From the NCBI GenBank assembly GCA_000708835.1, contig DF237469.1:1-64000 (forward strand): a stretch of DNA of 64,000 nucleotides, given 5' to 3'. Source of the stretch: Klebsormidium nitens (lineage: Eukaryota; Plantae; Klebsormidiophyceae). The notes under the pieces were generated by a model that made no database searches, was not told the DNA's origin, and was given only the letters and a program-made list of their open reading frames with translations. The position numbers and the translations under genes are program-made. Positions 50,685-64,000 of this stretch are shown in pieces. Each line of letters begins with the position of its first letter. The stretch's first letter is position 1.

Positions 50685-51079
50685 NNNNNNNNNNNNNNNN
50701 NNNNNNNNNNNNNNNNNNNNNNNNNNNNNNNNNNNNNNNNNNNNNNNNNNNNNNNNNNNNNNNNNNNNNNNNNNNNNNNNNNNNNNNNNNNNNNNNNNNN
50801 NNNNNNNNNNNNNNNNNNNNNNNNNNNNNNNNNNNNNNNNNNNNNNNNNNNNNNNNNNNNNNNNNNNNNNNNNNNNNNNNNNNNNNNNNNNNNNNNNNNN
50901 NNNNNNNNNNNNNNNNNNNNNNNNNNNNNNNNNNNNNNNNNNNNNNNNNNNNNNNNNNNNNNNNNNNNNNNNNNNNNNNNNNNNNNNNNNNNNNNNNNNN
51001 NNNNNNNNNNNNNNNNNNNNNNNNNNNNNNNNNNNNNNNNNNNNNNNNNNNNNNNNNNNNNNNNNNNNNNNNNNNNNNN
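50685..51079. other. Assembly gap (395 N) flanked by overlapping halves of a 40-bp perfect palindrome
   Basis: The left flank ends TGCTGGCAGCCTTGCACGGGCCCGTGCA; the right flank begins CCTTGCACGGGCCCGTGCAAGGCTGCCAGCA. Confidence 0.9.
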
Positions 51080-51870
51080 CCTTGCACGGGCCCGTGCAAG
51101 GCTGCCAGCACTATATAGCGGGCCGGCCCGCTCAGTCAGTAATCGAGGTATACCCAATCGATCATATCATATACTACATGAAACATTTGGAACTTATCAT
51201 TTGGAGTTCTTTAATGCATGATCCTTAGCCCGCCGGCGGGGCCTGCAGCATGTACCTCAGTTTGCCCCGCTGTTTGAGAGGTGGCGTGCCAGCCAGCCTC
51301 GTCCGACACTAGTTCAATTGAACGCCTGCCAGCCAAGGGCCGGGGGTCGCACTAGCGGCACGGAGCAACTGGAACACTGGCGCGTGGCACCATGTTTGGG
51401 GGCCCGATGGTGCATTTTATCATATACAACCACTTTGCTGTCCGGCCGGCGGCCACCTTCGATTGTTTGAAAGCATTGGCAGTGGTAAGTTTGATATCGA
51501 TGCCGTGATGCCGCCAATGCCCACCTGGCCGATCAACCTGGCATGAGCTAGCATATGCACACATTTGATTCAATTGAATCTGCATAATCACCACTATGTG
51601 CAAACCAAACGACAATTGATGCGGATATGGAAAGGCTACCAAAATTACGACGGAATCCTTCATTTTACAAGCCCTTAAGTGACTAGTGAACTTGGAACAA
51701 CGTCGTCAACAGACGACCAATAGCATGATCGCCCGAGAACGTTACTCAGCCGCTACTCCCTGCCAGGTCGCTACACCCAATGCGACTTCCTAGATCAAAC
51801 GGCTCATCTGGTGGCTAATTGTTGCGACCCTATGCAGCTGCATAGACCGTTTCCGCGGGTCGCCAGCAGC

Positions 51871-54800
51871 CTAAACCCTCGCTGTCAGCTTTGCAGTAAA
51901 CGCGTTCATAGCTTCCACTTGTTCGTATGCAAGCCGTTTCAGATCCGAGTCCAGCGCGTCTAAATCCTGGGCGCTCTTGATTTGTAACGCCCGCCCGCCC
52001 CCTAAGTCTATGCTGATGGCCAAGTCTGCCCCCGGCTCTTCCGACTGTCCCCGGCCGCGAGGTCTGCTGATTCCGGTCAACATTGGGGTGGCATGAGGCT
52101 GAGGCCGGAACGCCAACGGAGTGAGCAGACCGTCTTGGAAGCTGCCGATGGGGGACCCGTTGAAGGAGAAGACGGCTTCGTTGGGCCGGGGAAGCCGCAC
52201 GGTTGCGGGCGTGGCGGCAGTGCTGCTGCTTCCACGGATGTGAGAGCTCTGCACCGCGGAAAGGAGCGGGAGCGTGCATTTAGAGTCGCCTAAGTTTTGT
52301 TTCAATTTCTTCGATCAGATAGACTTTATTGGTAACTTTGCTTCGAAGATGTCAGCAGAGGAAATGCTGATCGTAATGGTCCTCTCTCGCATCAATAATT
52401 GCCAGAGTACCGCACCCTCTATTCTCCTTAACGAAGCAGAAACTGAAAATATATGACCTGTCATATACTTTGATTTCCAATTTTACGCTTTCCGCGGAAC
52501 CATTATCGCTAGCTGTGAACGTTACTAACGAACAGCGAACTTGGACAATCTGACAGGCTGGCTGCAATGTCAAGTGCCAACCCGAAGTGAAGCCGACCAC
52601 GACGTCCATGTTCTTCCGCAGAGTCATACACGGCAACCTTACAGAAGCCTCATGGCAAGTCAACTCATGCAAGCGTTGGGTTTTCATAAGTAGGTATTGC
52701 ATAGTGCTTCCAGCTCAGAAGCGCTGCCATTAGCCTGGAGCAGTTCCTCAAGATCTGCCTGACGAGTTGCCCACTAACGAGCTGATTTCTGGACATCGAT
52801 TCTTCCGGGATGGGAGACGAAGCGTAAAGGCAGCCACAGCTTTCAAAGCGGAAACCAACTTTCTCTGTTGATTTGTCGAAGCGAGGCCTCTCCAAGACGG
52901 AAGAAATTTCGAGATGAAAACGGTCAAATGTCTATACCATTCAAGGTAGACTCAGACATTGTAGATTTCGATATTCGATGATGAAAGATCGTCGGAGGGC
53001 TGTGAAGATTCCTGTTGAGTGAACCGCAGAAATAACGTCGATTTAGAGTTGAGAGGAGGCTTGTCTCCTCACCACTGGAGTCGCCAGGGCTTGACTGTTA
53101 GATTGCCGCGGCCGCAGCGTTCGTCCCCCTGTTTCCGGAACTGGTTGCTCAACTGCTCCGGCAGCCAGCTCGCGCGCCCGTTTCTGTCACACAAACGATG
53201 ACGGAGCAACGTGTCAGAGAACTGCTTACAATAGAAAGCAACGAGCTGGGGCTTCGTAAGCAAATCCAGACAGTACATAAAACAGTGGCATATATGATGA
53301 CGTTAGAGAGCGTTAGAGGTAACGACAGGGGGCCTTCGGCTATCCAACGCCGAGGTGCCAGCTGTCAAGCCCGTTCTTGCTCACAGATTATGACGAGAAA
53401 TACGTGTCGGGAATGCATCTAGAAGATTGTGGAACAAGAGGATTGTTTGATACTCTGCTCTGTGCTGAACAGCTTCCAGCAGGCAAAAGAGGGTTCATTC
53501 CACTGGCAGGCGAACGAGCAACGCACAGGCTCCTGATCATGTCATCCGTTATATTAATCAAGAGAAAGAAGAAACCTTCCTGATAAAGGCTTGCCTTGAT
53601 CGCCGATGAATCAGTAGAATTGGCGTCTTACAAAAGGGGGATTTTGAAAGGTGGCCCTATTGGGTACTGGTCAAGGTTAGCGGATTGCTGCCAGAGTGCC
53701 AAAACCTTGGAACTTATTTAAAATGACACCTTGCAATCCTGGAGAAAATATTCACCGAGAACAATGGCGTTGCAAGCAAGTATCGCTGAGGAAGATCCTG
53801 AGCACAACTCACTCTGGTTGTCCTGCCTACAGACGGCATGTCAGCAATTGGTGCTGCAGTCCCTTGGCCGTGCCCGCCTTTACCTGCAGATGGAAGAAGA
53901 TGGGACTTCACACGAAAGTGGAAGGGTTATTCTTACCAGATTTTCACTAAGGCGGGTGTAAGTAGCCACTCACCTTAGGTTGGTAAGTTGCTTGTGCCCC
54001 TGCATATGACACATACAATCCAAATACGAACCAGATGGTAACTTTATGCAGTTTAGGTTCCTCGAGTTCAATCCCTGGAGCATGAAGATGACTGCTTTCT
54101 GCGGAGACACAGACAATGTGCAGCCATTGCCCAACCGAAGCCGCAGACTCGTCAACAAATCCTGCTTGTCGTGGCACCGCCCTCTCCTCAGCGGTTTCAT
54201 AACATCTCACAGCAGTTGTTGTGCACTATGCCACACTCGCAGCTTACTCTGTGGCTCTGGAGTTGCAGCTACTGAGCCCCCAGTCGGCATCCGCGCATTG
54301 ACCTGCCCCATTGTTACTGCAGGCTCGGCACTTTGCTCCCGGAATGCAACCAGCGCCATGCTCCGGGTCTTGCTTGGCAGGCCCATAACTAGCGCAGTCA
54401 GCCGCTCCCGCAGCTCCTGGATCGCGGTCTGTTCCATGTCCATGATCTTTGCGCACCGCTCCTCAACTGCACATGTAGATGAATGAACCAGATCTTACCA
54501 GGTGTATACTGCCGTTGTCTCGGAAAATGGGCCTTAATCTGATACCAAGCAGGATTGGTCGATGGCGTCCCTTCCTATTTGAGCCTCTGTTGCTGCCAAG
54601 CACACAGCTGAAGGTCTGTTTGCACGTGCAATCACCTGGTTGACAAGGCCCATCGCTTCTTGTGAAACAGTCTCTCTTCACCATCAAGTCTGGACCTCCT
54701 GCGTAATTTTTCTAAAGAACTGAGTCCATGGTTTGATACAAGAAGCATCTTCTTGGCACAGCGGAGATTGCGGGCTCGATTACAGAAACAAGCACGGGCA

Positions 54801-55028
54801 GAGAGGCAGAGAAGGAGTGGCTTGGCAACTATCCAGAGAAGGAGGGCTTGGCAGCTGTCCAAAACTTTCTTCTTGATTCAGGTCAAGACACCGTGAACAA
54901 CTTCAAGTTTCATTGCTCACCCTCATGGTCAATTTCTTCCAGAAAGTCTTTGAGGCTCCGAACAAGCCGCTTGTATCCTGCATTAGAGGCATCTTGACGG
55001 CCATCCGGTTCGTTGGTGCTCTTATCAG
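51871..55028 (-). CDS. BORR: Borealin-related chromosomal passenger complex subunit; first coding exon not resolved (probably within about 55030-55200)
   Basis: Exons 55028-54921, 54466-54248, 53883-53813, 53183-53073, 52248-51871 in compatible phases. The N-terminal helix RLVRSLKDFLEEIDHEVEERCAKIMDMEQTAIQELRERLTALVMGLPSKTRSMALVAF matches the Borealin/Nbl1 pattern FL..(F/I)D.EV..R......LP...R.M....F; the C-terminal EAVFSFNGSPIG matches the Borealin S.NGSP motif. Confidence 0.72.
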
Positions 55029-56060
55029 CTAAAGGAGGCCTGGCCCGAGGCATCCTGCTTTATTGGATACAAATGCCTTTGGGCCTCAGTCAAAGCTCTG
55101 CCTTCCAACTTAGCTGCACGTGGACGGCATATTACCATGCAAAGGGATAAACAGCAATCTTCTGGAGAAGGAGAGGGAGAAAAGCCAGATCCACAGCTCC
55201 TTGTGACAGCAAACAAAGAACAAAGAAGAGCCGCTTGCGGCTTCCTTGCTGCTGGTTTTCGCAAAGACTGGCCTGAATTTCAGCCTAGGCTGAATCAGAT
55301 TGAGAGACTCATCTTCTCGCAAGTTTAGGCGAGAGGCTGGGTGCGTTTCCCCGCACTTGAATTCATACTGGACAGGCTCAACCAGAACTCTGGGATCGTA
55401 GCCGTCCAAACGTTGATCGGACGTCCAGAGGTGAGCTTTCGGTTGACGAGTCTGAGAACAGAACGGTTCCAACCCTGAGCGAGACGCGTAACGCAGAATC
55501 CCATTCCTCAGCGCAGCACTTAGGTACTCTGTTCTGCTTCGTCCTGCGCAATGCGCATTTTCTGCTGCTCACGCGACGCTCAAACGCTGATGAGATTTGG
55601 CAGTCTCAGGTCGCATTTTCCATTGAGAGTCACAAAAGCATGTACCTGAACATCGGTCTTCATCGCTTCGTGGCTCAGAAGCAAGGGACGGTGGGCTGCA
55701 GGAGATCTTCTCTGAAAAGACTAAAGAGGAGACCTCGTTCTGACTGAAAAAGCGAAGTGCATGGCAAGTCTCTTCTGCACTTGCTAGGGTTACGAACTCG
55801 GATAGCAAAAGATACTTGCCTTGTAGTACATTCGTGCGGCAAATGTACTCCCCTGAGCATGGTGCTGCAATGTACTCCAGGAAGGAGCGGGCCTATTTTC
55901 AAGGGAGAACCCTGGAGTACATTTGTGTGTCTGACTGCAAAGGGCCAGCCATGCTGCAGCATATGTAGCAGAAGTCCCCTGGGCACCAGTAGGATAGACT
56001 AGGGCCACGTCTTTCGGGGTACAGTTTTCTCAAGACCGGGTTGATCAATGAGCGCGCTGG

Positions 56061-56077
56061 GGTTAGGTTAGGGTTAG
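56061..56077 (+). promoter_or_regulatory. Telomere-like (telo-box-like) motif just upstream of the kinesin ATG
   Basis: GGTTAGGTTAGGGTTAG lies 7 bp before the ATG at 56085; function not demonstrated. Confidence 0.3.
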
Positions 56078-56084
56078 CACAACC

Positions 56085-62713
<6,629 letters not shown>

Positions 62714-62790
62714 TGGTTATGATGAACTTGTTGTATCGGGACTTGGAGAGCCTTGACGCACTTGGTATGACGTCAGTAAGTGATCCATAA

Positions 62791-63084
62791 GGCCATTCGA
62801 AGTTGTATCCCGGTTTCCGGTCCTACCCCCTTTTGGGTGGGTCGGTCGGTCGGGAAAAAATAATAATTATATTATGGTCACATTATGCTGATAAGGCGCA
62901 AAATCTCGAAAATCCTGGGGCAAAAGCCAAAAAGTTCTCCCGGTTTCCTGGTAACCACATAGAACTTGGACTCAAATCCGAAGAGTTGAAGACCTGGAAG
63001 GGATAATGATCATATTTTTTTCCAAAATCCTTCGGATTTTGGGTCGGTCGGGGACCGGAAACCGGGATTTAACTTCGAACGGCC
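62791..63084. mobile_element. MITE (294 bp) with ~33-bp imperfect TIRs starting GGCC, PIF/Harbinger (Tourist)-like
   Basis: GGCCATTCGAAGTTGTATCCCGGTTTCCGGTCC versus the reverse complement of GGACCGGAAACCGGGATTTAACTTCGAACGGCC (3 mismatches); 3-bp flanks TAA and CAA. Confidence 0.8.
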
Positions 63085-64000
63085 CAAGGGCACTTTCGTG
63101 TGCTCAGTCTGTTTGCAGCCATGCTCGCTCACTTCCTGTTGTACTTCCTCTCCAAACGTTTACGTGCAAGGGATTCGGTGGAGTGCTTCGGACCTCAGGG
63201 TCCGTGCCAGCTCGTAAACCGTATAGATGTTCGTTCTGCTTCCGACAACTGTGAAGAAGCGGTGCTTTTGAAGTGGTGCCAGCTCCTCGGTCTTGCGGTT
63301 ATTCGTACAGACTTCTGACCGCTATTTTGAGAGTCACCCTGTTGTTTTCTGCATTATCGGGCTCTTCAGCCCTTGCTTGCTGCTTTCGTGGCATTGAGAT
63401 CGGATCAGCCCAATCATGGTTCGGAGAATCCGTTGCTGATCGAGAAGAAGGACTGTTTCCACAGAGCATAGTGGAAACGACTGATCATTATCAGGCCTCC
63501 CGACATCTTTTGACATGACGCATGGCTATGAATGGCTTTGAGGAATATCGAATCTTGCGAAGGTCGATCTTCCACTGACAAAATGTCGTTTCTTTATGCA
63601 GACAAAGATCTCAAAGCTGAGTGCACCCTCACCTCGTTAGGGGCCTCGACATTCAAAAAGTGGGTGCTGCCAAGAGCCGTTAGTTATCGGATGCAAACGG
63701 GTAGCCAACTTTAGAAAGGAAGAGATGATCGAATTGAATTGATATCATTGAATCTGAAGATTCTACAACATAGAAGGCTGTGTCAAAAAAGTGTCAAAAA
63801 CTGGCTTTGCAACTCTACAGCACTCATCCTTCAACTTAATATCTTCTACTTGTAGTACATGATGAAGCAGAACAGGGTTGTGATTGTCATTCGACATCAT
63901 TGCAGCGTGCGTGCGGAGTCGAGTCGTTCTATTTTTCCAAAAAGACTCGATGACAATGTCAATGCAATTGATTACGACAGACAGACGTCATTGCAAAATC

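Noticed and set aside
50566-51228. Long ORFs of 168-194 aa
   Set aside because: Almost entirely X; artefacts of the N gap.

Overview
Intron-rich eukaryotic nuclear DNA. The gene content (plant-type SPARK receptor kinase, XBAT35, MUCI70/DUF616, class-IV GATA, kinesin-8A, plus a flagellar CFAP97-domain gene) points to a flagellate streptophyte alga, Klebsormidium-like; this is an inference. I assembled exon chains by hand from GT/GC-AG junctions and reading-frame continuity. From left to right: a gag-only LTR-retrotransposon remnant with a tandem hairpin array (1-4480); a receptor-like kinase with two tandem 12-Cys SPARK-like ectodomains (-); a CFAP97-domain gene (+); carnosine N-methyltransferase (-); a DUF616/MUCI70-like glycosyltransferase (+); an intronless DUF488 gene ending in a PIP-box (-); an XBAT34/35-like ankyrin-RING E3 (+); a GATA factor (+); a Borealin-like gene (-) head-to-head with kinesin-8A (+). 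There are also several MITE-like elements and two N gaps. Main observations: (i) four genes carry decaying ~110-160 bp tandem copies of their own splice junctions inside introns, and in one case these build most of a 1.6 kb intron; (ii) the double-SPARK kinase; (iii) an intact gag followed by about a dozen cYACGg tetraloop hairpins; (iv) the PIP-box on DUF488; (v) the Borealin/kinesin-8 divergent pair. No database searches were run; family names come from motif recognition.
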